A stretch of DNA of 64,000 nt, taken from assembly GCA_013215605.1 (NCBI GenBank), contig JABSQW010000044.1, forward strand, positions 5,532-69,531. Direction: 5' to 3'. The position numbers were made by a program, and so were the translations under genes. The stretch is from Myxococcales bacterium (lineage in GTDB: Bacteria; Myxococcota_A; UBA9160; SMWR01). The notes under the pieces are model-generated. The model was not told the DNA's origin. It ran no database searches and worked only from the letters and a program-made list of their open reading frames with translations. Shown in pieces: positions 28,523 to 37,557 of this stretch (the stretch's first letter is position 1; each line of letters starts with the position of its first letter).

Positions 28523-29433
28523 GCCTCCGCCCCGCTCCGTCCATCTGCGCGCGGTCGCCAGCCGCGCGTGCGCAGCTCGGCCACGAACGTCGCAAACTGC
28601 GGGGCGGTCAACACTTCGGCGCGGACGCCGGCATCGACCCCGGCTGCTGCCAGCGCTGCGCGGACGTCTTCGGCGGCAACCGGCGGATCGAGGCCCCCGC
28701 GCAGGGCGTTCGCGAGCGTCTTGCGTCGTGTCGAGAACGCCGCCCGCACGACGATCTCGAAGCCCGCCATTTCGGCCGGGGTCACGATCGGATCGTCGAT
28801 CGGAGTCAGTCGGAGGAAGCTCGAACGAACCTTCGGAACCGGGTAGAAGTGGTTCGGAGAGATGCCGAGCTTCCGATCGACGCGGACCGCGGAGTGGTGC
28901 AGCACGGTCAGCGAACTGTAGTCGCGTGTTCCCGCCGTTGCGACGAGGCGATCCGCCACCTCGCTCTGCACCATCACCGACCAGTCTTCGAGCGCTTCGC
29001 GGAGATCGAAGACGCAGCGCAGCAGTGGACCGGTGACCGAGTACGGCAGGTTCGCCACGAGACGCACCGGGCCCTCGACTGAGGCGACGATCGCTTCGAG
29101 GTCGACGTCGAGGACGTCGCCGTGGACGAGCTCGACGTTGTCGGGAAGGAGCGCCTCCGAACGCAACGCCCTGACGAGTCCCGCGTCGACTTCGATGGCC
29201 ACGACCCGTCGCGCGCGCTTCGCGAGTGCCAAAGTAAGCTGACCGAGACCCGGGCCGATCTCGACCACCGTATCGTCGGGCGAAACGCCGGCCGCCGCGG
29301 CGAGGCGCTCCGCCATGGTGGCGTCGACGAGGAAGTTCTGACCCAATCGCGGGTTGGGACGAAGACCGTGACGCTCGAGGAAGCCGCGAACCCCGGCGCG
29401 AGAGATCGGCGCTATTCCGGCGTCGGCGCCCAC
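28519..29433 (-). CDS. rsmA: 16S rRNA (adenine1518-N6/adenine1519-N6)-dimethyltransferase RsmA/KsgA
   Basis: GLRPNPRLGQNFLVD...VVEIGPGLGQLT...NLPY motifs. The start is uncertain. GTG 29433, overlapping the tsaD 3' end, is the nearest canonical start; the ORF-track start at 29547 is too long. Confidence 0.88.
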   Translation of the reverse strand: MGADAGIAPISRAGVRGFLERHGLRPNPRLGQNFLVDATMAERLAAAAGVSPDDTVVEIGPGLGQLTLALAKRARRVVAIEVDAGLVRALRSEALLPDNVELVHGDVLDVDLEAIVASVEGPVRLVANLPYSVTGPLLRCVFDLREALEDWSVMVQSEVADRLVATAGTRDYSSLTVLHHSAVRVDRKLGISPNHFYPVPKVRSSFLRLTPIDDPIVTPAEMAGFEIVVRAAFSTRRKTLANALRGGLDPPVAAEDVRAALAAAGVDAGVRAEVLTAPQFATFVAELRTRGWRPRADGRSGAEA

Positions 29434-30440
29434 GGCGCGGCCTCGATGGGCACCCGGGAGAACGAGTTGAGCTCGAGGCCGTGGCGTTCTCCGCCGACCA
29501 GTAAGCGGGTTCCGGCGCTCGCGATCATCGCCGCGTTGTCGGTGCACAACTCCGCGGGCGGAAACGTGACGCGAAAGCCGTCGTCTCTACCGGCGCGCGC
29601 CATGTCTGCGCGCAGGCGCCGGTTTGCCGCGACACCCCCCACCACGGCCACCTCGCCGAGGCCCTCCGCGCGAATCGCCTTGCGCGCCCGCGCCACGAGG
29701 ACGCCGATGGCCGCGGCCTCGAAGGACGCCGCGACGTCGGCGACGTCCTCTTCACCGAGCGCACCGCGCCGCTCCACCTCGAGCGCGACCGCGGTCTTGA
29801 GACCGCTGTACGAGAAGTCGAGGCCGTCGCGATTCAACATCGGTCGGGGAAACGCGATCGCATCGTCGCGGCCGCGCGTGGCCGCCTGCGACACGGCGGG
29901 CCCACCCGGGTAGGGGAGACCGAGCAGCACCGCGACCTTGTCGAACGCCTCGCCGACCGCGTCGTCGCGCGACGTCCCGAGCAACGCCGGAGCGCCCTGC
30001 TCCTCCACGCGGTACAGCGACGTGTGGGCTCCCGACGCCACGAGCCCGATGTACGGCGCTGACAGATCCGGGTCCGCGAGCTCCGCGGATGCGAGGTGCC
30101 CGGCCAGGTGGTGCACCCCGACCACCGGCACCCCCAGCCGATACGCCAGAGACTTGCCAAACGACAGCCCCACCAGCAGCGACCCCACGAGGCCGGGCCC
30201 GGCGGTCACGGCGACGCCATCGACCTCCTCGAGTCCCACCGCCGCCGTGCGGAACGCCTCCTCGACCACCGCCGACACCACCCTGACGTGATCACGCGAC
30301 GCGAGCTCCGGTACTACGCCCCCGTACGGCGTGTGTACGTCCACCTGCCCGCGAACCACACTCGACAGGATCTCGATCCCGTCGCGCACGAGTGCCGCGG
30401 CCATTTCGTCGCAGGAGGACTCGATACCAAGAACGAGCAT
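29412..30440 (-). CDS. tsaD: tRNA N6-adenosine threonylcarbamoyltransferase TsaD
   Basis: MLVLGIESSCDEMAAALV..., HHLAGH metal motif and GGVAAN. ATG 30440 is preferred; the longer ORF to 30695 is rejected. Confidence 0.95.
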   Translation of the reverse strand: MLVLGIESSCDEMAAALVRDGIEILSSVVRGQVDVHTPYGGVVPELASRDHVRVVSAVVEEAFRTAAVGLEEVDGVAVTAGPGLVGSLLVGLSFGKSLAYRLGVPVVGVHHLAGHLASAELADPDLSAPYIGLVASGAHTSLYRVEEQGAPALLGTSRDDAVGEAFDKVAVLLGLPYPGGPAVSQAATRGRDDAIAFPRPMLNRDGLDFSYSGLKTAVALEVERRGALGEEDVADVAASFEAAAIGVLVARARKAIRAEGLGEVAVVGGVAANRRLRADMARAGRDDGFRVTFPPAELCTDNAAMIASAGTRLLVGGERHGLELNSFSRVPIEAAPWAPTPE

Positions 30441-30513
30441 GACGGGGGAGCATAGCGGCGTCGCGCCCCGCGGAGCCGAGACTGCCCCGGGTTCGGGCCA
30501 CGAACGCGGCCGA

Positions 30514-30585
30514 CGCGCGCAGCGAGGCGAAGCCGAGCGAAGGCTGGCAGCTGGGCTCTGCCCGCCGAACCCCAGCCGAACTACC
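30514..30585 (-). repeat. intergenic repeat element copy abutting the dksA TAG stop
   Basis: Gene-sense strand reads GGTAGTTCGGCTGGGGTTCG...GGCAGAGCCCAGCTGCC...CTTCGCTCGGCTTCGCCTCGCTGCGCGCG. The first 20 nt are identical to the copy at 41255..41274. The core is shared with copies at 39728, 39811, 44199 and 61275. Confidence 0.7.
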
Positions 30586-30943
30586 CCGTGCGGCGCTCGA
30601 GCTTCTCCTGATCCGACTTGCAGTCGATGCAGAGCTGCGCCACCGGGCGCGCCTTGAGGCGCTTCATGCCGATGTCTTCGCCGCAGTTCAAACACTCGCC
30701 GTAGTCGCCCCGCTCGATCTTCTGGAGGGCTTCCTCGATCTTGGCGAGGAGCCCCTGCTCGCGCTCGCGAAGGCGACCGGTGAACTGGAGGTTCACCTCG
30801 GACGAAGCGGTGTCGATCTCGTCCGGGAAGTCGTCCGGGTCGACGTGGATGTCGCCCGACATCGCGCGCCGAGCGTTGCCGACGAGGTCGTCACGCTGCT
30901 GGTTCAGAATCTTTTGAAACTTCTCGCGATTGCGCTTGTTCAA
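30581..30943 (-). CDS. dksA: DksA/TraR family C4-type zinc-finger transcription factor
   Basis: 120 aa with a coiled-coil N-terminal part and CLNCGEDI...CIDCK four-Cys zinc finger. Confidence 0.9.
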   Translation of the reverse strand: MNKRNREKFQKILNQQRDDLVGNARRAMSGDIHVDPDDFPDEIDTASSEVNLQFTGRLREREQGLLAKIEEALQKIERGDYGECLNCGEDIGMKRLKARPVAQLCIDCKSDQEKLERRTG

Positions 30944-30972
30944 CGTCTTCCCCTGATCCGTGATCCGTTCGA

Positions 30973-31725
30973 CTACCCGGAACTCAGCAGGTCCAGTTGT
31001 TTCTTCGCTTCCGGGACCCGCGCAGAATCGGGGTATTCGTTTAGCACCCTCTCGAACGCCTTGCCCGCCGCATTCGCATAGTTGGGGCCCAGCCGAAGCA
31101 GGGCTTCTCCTTGTCGGTACAGAGCGTCGGCGGCTTTATTCCCTGTGGGATAGCGCGCTACGACGTCATCGAAGCGCAGAACGGCGGTCTTGTAGTCTCC
31201 ATTCTTGAAGAAGCAGTCAGCCATCCAAAACGCGCCGTCGTCGGCGTACGCCGAATCCGGGTAAGTCTGCAAAAAGTGCCGAAACTGGTCGATACAGTTG
31301 GAGTATTCGCCGGAGCGCCAGGCGCCGTACGCGGCGCGGTAGGCACCGACCTCGGCCGCGTTCTCGCCGTCGCCGGCTGGAAGATCTGGCTGGTCCCCGG
31401 GGATCGGCGCCGCGACGATCGCCTTCGCCGCGTCGGAGCGAGCGCTGCGAGCCTCGCTCAGCGCCGACTTCGCCTGGTGCTCGACGACGTCCAGGCGACC
31501 GCCGAGCTTCGCGAGCGTCTTCGCGAGGCGGTCGATCTCCGCGGCGAGCTCGGCGACGCGCTCGCGTTCGCTGGACGAGCCCGCGGGCAGCGTCTGGGCG
31601 CGCTCCATCTTCACGACCTTGACTCGCACCTTCTCGAACTCCGCAGGCGTCACGCAGGCGGACGACACCGCGACAGCGAGCGTCAACGGCGGCAGCAGCC
31701 AGCGGTGGCGCGTCCGGTTCCCCAT
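30973..31725 (-). CDS. cpoB: Tol-Pal system protein YbgF/CpoB (coiled coil plus TPR)
   Basis: Signal peptide, coiled-coil segment (...RVAELAAEIDRLAKTLAKLGGRL...) and C-terminal TPR with YP.S..A.DA.YW.G.. pattern. Located directly after tolB. Confidence 0.85.
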   Translation of the reverse strand: MGNRTRHRWLLPPLTLAVAVSSACVTPAEFEKVRVKVVKMERAQTLPAGSSSERERVAELAAEIDRLAKTLAKLGGRLDVVEHQAKSALSEARSARSDAAKAIVAAPIPGDQPDLPAGDGENAAEVGAYRAAYGAWRSGEYSNCIDQFRHFLQTYPDSAYADDGAFWMADCFFKNGDYKTAVLRFDDVVARYPTGNKAADALYRQGEALLRLGPNYANAAGKAFERVLNEYPDSARVPEAKKQLDLLSSG

Positions 31726-31831
31726 GGCTTCCTCCCTCCCTGAATCAGTCGAACTCGCGCCTGTCCAGGAGTGTGCGCGGTAGCAGCCGCCGGGCTTCTG
31801 CCGCGTGCTTCCGGAGAAGCGTATCGTCGCC

Positions 31832-33244
31832 CTAGCGCGGATACCGGCCCCACGCGGGATTCTTGTTGTCTCCCGCGTTCCGGGTGATCCGGCGCAGATT
31901 GTCTCCGTTCACGTCGATCACGTAGATGTCCGAACGTCCGCGCCGCATCGAGCTGAAGGCCAGCTTGCGGGCGTTTGGCGCCCAGGTGGGCGCCTCGTCG
32001 CTCGCCGGATGCGACACCAGCGGCACGCTCGAGCCGCCGTGGGGATCAATCAACCAGATGTCGAACTGGCCGCCGACCCGCGATTCGTAGGCGATCCACA
32101 GGCCGTCGGGCGACCAGGCCGGCGCGCTGTTGTAGCCGCCGTCGTAGGTCAACCGCCGGATGTTGCCGCCGTCAGCGTCCATCACGTAGACCTGAGGCGA
32201 GCCCGAGCGATCCGAGACGAAGGCGATCTGCTCGCCGTCCGGTGACCAGCTCGGCGAGACGTCGATGGAGCGATTGCGCGTGAGCCGGCGCAGATCGCCG
32301 CCCGACACGTTCACGGTGAAGATCTCGGCGGGTTCGTCGGAACTCAACACGAGTGCCAACCGCTCTCCGGACGGGTCGAATACGCCGCGAAACTGCTGTC
32401 CCTCGATTTCCAGCGAATCGAGCACCCGCCCGCCGGGGCGCCGCCCGCCGCGCGCGGACAGGAAGAGGAACGGGCGATTCAGGTGACGGTACGACGTGTA
32501 GACGATCGCGTCGCCGCCCGGCGACCACGAGGGAAAGACATTGATCGAGCCGTTCTTCGTGGCGGCTCGCGCCGACCGGCCGTCCGCGTCCATGACGAAG
32601 ATCTCGGGGTTTCCCGTGCGCGTCGACACGAAAGCGATCTCCGTGCTGGAGACGCCTCGCTGTCCGACAAATGCGCCCACGATGTCGTCCGCGATCCGCT
32701 TCGCCACGGCGTCGACTTCGCCGCTGACGTCCTGGCGGTAGCGCTTCGCGACGAGTCGGCTGCAGCGGGTGCCGTCCCAGACGCGGAACTCGGCGGTGAA
32801 ATTCTGGGCTTCGACGATGAGGCGCCCGTCGACCATGCCGTCTGCCCCGATCTGCGTCCAGTCGCCGCAGTTCGCGAGCACCTCTTCGTTGTCGAGTCCC
32901 TCGGTGACCGTGGGCCCGAGGAACGCGTCGAAGTCGATCACCTGGAACACGCCGGAGAAATCGAGGCCCGCGACGATCTCGTCCCGGAATGCCGAGACAT
33001 CGGCCCGGTCGGGCGCGACGGAGCCGTCGGCGAAGAGCTGCAGCGCGATGCGGAAGGTGCGCTCGCTACCGGGCGTGACCACGACGGGGGGACGGGCCTC
33101 GGCGGCTCCCTGACGCGGAGCGCCGAGAGCGACGACGCCGGCCGCGGCAACGGCCAGCAGCCACGCGACCCAGCCCCCGCCGCGCGTCGAGGCGGGCGAA
33201 GGATCGGGATGCTCGAGGACGCTGTGGCGCGTGGTTCGCGACAT
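31832..33244 (-). CDS. tolB: Tol-Pal system beta-propeller protein TolB
   Basis: Repeated P.WSPDG..IA(F/Y).S.R.G...I(Y/F)V(M/I)D beta-propeller blades. ATG 33244 shares one base with the tolA stop (TGATG). The longer ORF to 33505 is rejected. Confidence 0.92.
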   Translation of the reverse strand: MSRTTRHSVLEHPDPSPASTRGGGWVAWLLAVAAAGVVALGAPRQGAAEARPPVVVTPGSERTFRIALQLFADGSVAPDRADVSAFRDEIVAGLDFSGVFQVIDFDAFLGPTVTEGLDNEEVLANCGDWTQIGADGMVDGRLIVEAQNFTAEFRVWDGTRCSRLVAKRYRQDVSGEVDAVAKRIADDIVGAFVGQRGVSSTEIAFVSTRTGNPEIFVMDADGRSARAATKNGSINVFPSWSPGGDAIVYTSYRHLNRPFLFLSARGGRRPGGRVLDSLEIEGQQFRGVFDPSGERLALVLSSDEPAEIFTVNVSGGDLRRLTRNRSIDVSPSWSPDGEQIAFVSDRSGSPQVYVMDADGGNIRRLTYDGGYNSAPAWSPDGLWIAYESRVGGQFDIWLIDPHGGSSVPLVSHPASDEAPTWAPNARKLAFSSMRRGRSDIYVIDVNGDNLRRITRNAGDNKNPAWGRYPR

Positions 33245-33984
33245 CAGTAGCTGTCCTCGGGCAGGAAGACGAAGGGCCAGCGGTCGGCTTCCGGCGGCGC
33301 CGGCAGCGGGCTCGCCTTCTGGATCGCCCGCACGACGCCGTCGTCGTACCAGGGATTGCCCGATCGGCGGGTAATCTCGGGGTCGCCCCGCACGCGACCG
33401 GTGGCGTCGAGAGCGACGAGCACGTGAGTCTCGAGTTCCTGCGTGCGGAACCCGGGCGGCACCACCCAGCTGCGACGGACGTGGGCCTTCGCGCGCCGAA
33501 TCCACGCGGCCACCTCCGGAGACACGGTCGAAGAAGTCGCGGAAGCGCTGGGCGTCAGCGCTGCCACGCGCCGGGGTTTCCGCGCCTCGGGTCGGATTTC
33601 GCCCGCCTCTGCGCGGAGTTGCGCGAGCACGTCGGTGTACTCCTTCGGTGCGGGCTGCGCCGCTTGCGGGGTCGGGGCGGGCCGTGGTTTCGGAGGCGCG
33701 GGTTGGGGCTTGGACGGATCAGCCCTCGCTTGCTTCGGTAGGACGACCTTTTTCGGTTCGCGCCGCGCCGGGGCGGGCGGAGGAGCGGCCCTGGAGGACT
33801 CGGGGGGCGCCGCCACGAGTTCCACCGCGATCACCGTCAGCGGGGTGGCAACGCTCGTGCGATCGAGCGTCCCCACGAGGATCGCCCCGCCGACGTGGAG
33901 CGCACCCGACAGGGCGAACCAGGTGGCGAGCTCGCGGCGCCGCGCCGCACTCCACCCATCGTCGAAGATCGTCGCAAAGCTCAT
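33244..33984 (-). CDS. tolA: TolA/TonB-family energy-transducer protein
   Basis: N-terminal TM anchor, a Pro/Ala/Lys-rich linker (PKPQPAPPKPRPAPTPQAAQP), and a C-terminal TonB_C-like domain (...SGNPWYDDGVVRAIQKASPLPAPP). Sits between tolR and tolB. Confidence 0.8.
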   Translation of the reverse strand: MSFATIFDDGWSAARRRELATWFALSGALHVGGAILVGTLDRTSVATPLTVIAVELVAAPPESSRAAPPPAPARREPKKVVLPKQARADPSKPQPAPPKPRPAPTPQAAQPAPKEYTDVLAQLRAEAGEIRPEARKPRRVAALTPSASATSSTVSPEVAAWIRRAKAHVRRSWVVPPGFRTQELETHVLVALDATGRVRGDPEITRRSGNPWYDDGVVRAIQKASPLPAPPEADRWPFVFLPEDSY

Positions 33985-34413
33985 TCAGCGCTCGGGCTCG
34001 GTGACCATCCCGAGCTTCGTTGCGCCGGCGTTGCGCGCCGCGGCCATGGCCTTCACGACACTCCCATAGGCGGCCTTGGCGTCCGCTCGGAGGAAGATCT
34101 CCTTGTCGTCGCGGCCCTCGAAGATCGCTTCGAGCTTCGCCCGCAGGCCTTCGAGCGGGACCTGCTTGCGGGCCAGGAAGACCTTGCCGTCCGCCTTCAC
34201 GGTGAGGATGAGAGGCTCGCTGCGGATGCGCAGCGCCTGGGTGGTCGTTTCGGGGAGATCGACATCGACCCCCTGCTGCATCATCGGTGCCGTCACCATG
34301 AAGATGATCAGCAGGACGAGCATCACGTCGACCATCGGAGTGACGTTGATCTCCGACATCGGGCGGTGCACCGAGCCCGCGCGCGGTGCGGAGTCGGGGA
34401 TCGCCGTACCCAT
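33985..34413 (-). CDS. tolR: biopolymer transport protein TolR/ExbD
   Basis: EINVTPMVDVMLVLLIIFMV is the ExbD/TolR signature. 142 aa, 2 nt after the tolQ stop. Confidence 0.9.
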   Translation of the reverse strand: MGTAIPDSAPRAGSVHRPMSEINVTPMVDVMLVLLIIFMVTAPMMQQGVDVDLPETTTQALRIRSEPLILTVKADGKVFLARKQVPLEGLRAKLEAIFEGRDDKEIFLRADAKAAYGSVVKAMAAARNAGATKLGMVTEPER

Positions 34414-34415
34414 GG

Positions 34416-35168
34416 CTACCTCTGCGCCGCGCGCGGAGGCGCCGGCGCCGAATCGGAGTTCCCCACGATCCGCCTGAGGTCGCTCTCGTATTCGCTGCTG
34501 AACAGATCGATGGAACTGGTGAGTTCTCGCAGCGTGCCGACGAAGTAGTTGTAGAAGATGGTGGCGGGGATGGCGGCGAACAGACCCATGGCGGTGGCGA
34601 TCAGCGCCTCGGCGATGCCCGGCGCCACTACGGCGAGGCTGGCGGAGCCCGCCCGGCCGATGGCCTGGAACGAGTCGATGATTCCAATGACGGTGCCGAA
34701 GAGACCGATGAACGGCGCCGAACTCCCCGTGGTGGCGAGAAACGGGAGCCCGCGCTCGATGCGAAGCCCCTCTCTCGCGGCGGTCCAGCGCACGTGACGG
34801 AACAGCCCGTCGAGGTGAGCTTGTGTCAGCGAGGAAAGCTTGCGATCCCCGGAGAAACGCGCCCTCCGGTTCATCTCGGCGTTGGCGGCGAGGAAGATCG
34901 TGGACAGGGGGCTCTTTTGGAGGTCCCGCGCGGCCTCGAAGGCGGCGTCGAGTGAGCCCCCCTGATACACCTCGAGGAACGCCTCGCTATCCTGCCGGGC
35001 GCGGCGAAGCTCGCGCCACTTGAACAAGATGATGGTCCAGGAAATGACGGACAGCAGTACGAGGATGCCCAACACGAGCTGCACGACCAGGCCCGCCTGA
35101 AAGACCAGGCTGAGCGCGTCGAGGCTCGCGAGACGTCCCCCCATCGCCGTCCCGACGATCAACAACAT
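34416..35168 (-). CDS. tolQ: MotA/TolQ/ExbB proton-channel protein TolQ
   Basis: Three TM segments and ...LATTGSSAPFIGLFGTVIGII..F...G, typical of TolQ/ExbB. ATG 35168 is preferred (ATG 35144 alternative); the ORF-track start at 35405 is rejected. Confidence 0.9.
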   Translation of the reverse strand: MLLIVGTAMGGRLASLDALSLVFQAGLVVQLVLGILVLLSVISWTIILFKWRELRRARQDSEAFLEVYQGGSLDAAFEAARDLQKSPLSTIFLAANAEMNRRARFSGDRKLSSLTQAHLDGLFRHVRWTAAREGLRIERGLPFLATTGSSAPFIGLFGTVIGIIDSFQAIGRAGSASLAVVAPGIAEALIATAMGLFAAIPATIFYNYFVGTLRELTSSIDLFSSEYESDLRRIVGNSDSAPAPPRAAQR

Positions 35169-35250
35169 GCAGTTCTCGCTTTGAGTCCGGGCGAGTCTAG
35201 AAAAGCGCCAGCGGGACTTCAACCAAAGTCTCGATGTCAAAGGAGAGGTG

Positions 35251-36780
35251 ATGAAGATCACAGTCGACTCGCGAAAACCGGCGGATTCGCCCGCAGACCT
35301 GCTGGCGGTGATCGTCGCGAAGATCACGGACCCGAAGAAACGCCTCACGCCGCGCCTGGCGGCCATCAATCGCGCCCTCGGCGGCGGCCTCTCCGACGTC
35401 GTCACAAACGGCGACTTCCGCGGCGGGTCCGCCCAGACGCTGCTCCTCTACCCCGGAAGCAACTCGCTCCGCGCGAAGCGTGTGCTCTTCGTCGGGCTGG
35501 GGGACGAGAAGGAAAACGATCTCAACGCGCTCCGGGTGGCCGCGGGTACGGTCAGCCGACAGGCCTCCGCAAAGAAGGCCCCGAAGGTCGTCCTCGCGGT
35601 GCCCTCGGTAAAAGGCATCTCGGCCGAGGCCATGTGCCAGGCCCTCGCCGAGGGAGCGGTGCTCGCCGCCTACCGATTCGATCGCTATCGCGAGAAGCCG
35701 AAGGAACCGGAGCGTCCCGTGGAGACGCTCGCCATCAGCATCGAGCGCGCCGGGGACCTGCGGTCCGCCCGTGCCGGCGCCAGGGCGGGCGTCATCCTCG
35801 CCGAGTCCCAGAACATCGCCCGTGATCTGTCCAACGAGCCCGGCAACGCCATGACCCCAATCGCGCTGGCCCACGCCGCACAGAAGGTGGCGAAGGAGGT
35901 GGGCCTCCGCGTCCGGGTGATGGACGTGCCCGAGCTCAAGCGCCGGAAGATGGGCGCGATCCTCGCCGTCGGCGGCGGCAGCGCGAATCCGCCCCGGATG
36001 ATCGTGCTCGAGCACAACGCGCCGCGCGGGCGCAAGAAGACCGGAAAGAAGCCGCCGACCCTCTGCTTCGTCGGCAAGGGCATCACGTTCGACTCCGGCG
36101 GCATCTCCATCAAGCCGTCGGGCGGCATGGAGGAGATGAAGCACGACATGTCCGGCGCGGCCACCGTGGTGGGCACACTGCGGGCGTGCGCGCTCCTCGA
36201 CATCCCGCACCACGTCGTCGGCGTCATCGCCGCCGCCGAGAACATGCCGAGCGGCACCGCCTACCGGCCCGGCGACGTCGTGACGGCCATGTCGGGAAAA
36301 ACCATCGAAGTGTTGAATACCGACGCCGAGGGGCGCGTCGTACTGGCCGACGCGCTCCACTATGCGCGCAAGGAGTACTCGCCGCTGGCCATGGTGGACC
36401 TCGCGACCCTCACGGGCGCGTGCATGGTGGCCCTCGGAAAATGGGCGACGGGACTCTTCTCGAATGACGACGATCTCACCGAGCGCCTGCGCCGCGCCGG
36501 AGAGGAATCCGGGGAACGGGTGTGGCCGTTGCCCCTGTGGGAAGACCACAAGAAGGCGATTCGCAGCGATGTCGGAGACATCAAGAACACGGGAGGCCGC
36601 GAAGCCGGTGCCTCGACCGCCGCGGCGTTCCTCTCGAACTTCGTCGGCGACACCCCATGGGTGCACCTCGACATCGCGGGCACCGGCTGGTCGGGCAAGA
36701 CCAGCTCCTACCAGAAGAAGGGCGCGACGGGCGTGGGCGTCCGAATGCTCCTGCAGATGCTGCGCGGTTGGGAGGAGTAG
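35251..36780 (+). CDS. pepA: leucyl aminopeptidase (M17)
   Basis: VGKGITFDSGGISIKP and NTDAEGRVVLADAL signatures. ATG 35251 is 5 nt after AGGAG; GTG 35248 is the alternative. Confidence 0.95.
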   Translation: MKITVDSRKPADSPADLLAVIVAKITDPKKRLTPRLAAINRALGGGLSDVVTNGDFRGGSAQTLLLYPGSNSLRAKRVLFVGLGDEKENDLNALRVAAGTVSRQASAKKAPKVVLAVPSVKGISAEAMCQALAEGAVLAAYRFDRYREKPKEPERPVETLAISIERAGDLRSARAGARAGVILAESQNIARDLSNEPGNAMTPIALAHAAQKVAKEVGLRVRVMDVPELKRRKMGAILAVGGGSANPPRMIVLEHNAPRGRKKTGKKPPTLCFVGKGITFDSGGISIKPSGGMEEMKHDMSGAATVVGTLRACALLDIPHHVVGVIAAAENMPSGTAYRPGDVVTAMSGKTIEVLNTDAEGRVVLADALHYARKEYSPLAMVDLATLTGACMVALGKWATGLFSNDDDLTERLRRAGEESGERVWPLPLWEDHKKAIRSDVGDIKNTGGREAGASTAAAFLSNFVGDTPWVHLDIAGTGWSGKTSSYQKKGATGVGVRMLLQMLRGWEE

Positions 36781-36832
36781 ACGCCGCACCGCAGCGCTGA
36801 TCGCCGGGTCGCTCCCCGGTCTTCTCCCGAGA

Positions 36833-36861
36833 TTGACGCCCCGGATTCCGCCCCCTAGAGT
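36833..36861 (+). promoter_or_regulatory. sigma70-like promoter candidate upstream of c-type cytochrome gene
   Basis: TTGACG (36833..36838), 17 nt spacer, TAGAGT (36856..36861). Confidence 0.45.
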
Positions 36862-36978
36862 TCGCGCCCTCATGGACGGCGCAGGTCCGTCCGGTGCGCT
36901 CAGGCGTCGGCCCCGCAGCCGCGACTTCAGAAAATTCCCGTGCCGGAAACCCCCGTGCGGATCGACAGGGAGAACCTC

Positions 36979-37362
36979 ATGAACCGAACACTCCGCAGCC
37001 TCCTCGTTTCAGCGTGCGCCCTGTTCGCGCTCGGGCTCGCGATGAGCGCCTCGGCGGGCGACGCCGCGGCCGGGAAGGCGAAGTACGACATGTTCTGCGC
37101 GTCGTGCCACGGCCCTGAGGGCAAGGGAGATGGTCCGGTGGCCGTAGCGATCAATCCGCCGCCCCGCGACTTCTCCGAAGGAGCGTTCAAGTTCGACACC
37201 GACGAGGACGGTTCCGCCGGCACAGACGCCGACTTGAGGAACGTGATCGCGAATGGCGCCGCCAAGTACGGCGGCAATCAGATGATGGCACCCTGGGGCG
37301 GCACGATGAGTGCCGCGGACCTCGACAACGTGGTCGCCTTCATCCATTCGCTGAAGCAGTAG
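36979..37362 (+). CDS. monoheme c-type cytochrome (secreted)
   Basis: Signal peptide MNRTLRSLLVSACALFALGLAMSASA, CASCH heme-binding motif (CxxCH), and a distal Met region (...GNQMMAPWGG). ATG 36979 is preceded by GGGAGA. Confidence 0.88.
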   Translation: MNRTLRSLLVSACALFALGLAMSASAGDAAAGKAKYDMFCASCHGPEGKGDGPVAVAINPPPRDFSEGAFKFDTDEDGSAGTDADLRNVIANGAAKYGGNQMMAPWGGTMSAADLDNVVAFIHSLKQ

Positions 37363-37557
37363 ACGCGCCGGCGGTTTCCCCCGCGGGCCCGGGCGCGCGA
37401 ACGCTGGCCGTTCGCGCCACAGGCCCCTGGCGGCGAACGTCCGCTCGCTGCGGACCACGGTTCCGACGCTCGCTGGCCTTCGGCCCCGTAAACTCCTAGC
37501 CTTGTTAGCGATTCCCGTTCCGGCGCAGGATGCGCACAACGCGCGGACGCGAACGGC

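Noticed and set aside
31726-31831. Hidden pal gene between tolB and ybgF
   Set aside because: The gap is only 106 nt and has no ORF with a lipobox. It cannot encode a Pal-sized protein.
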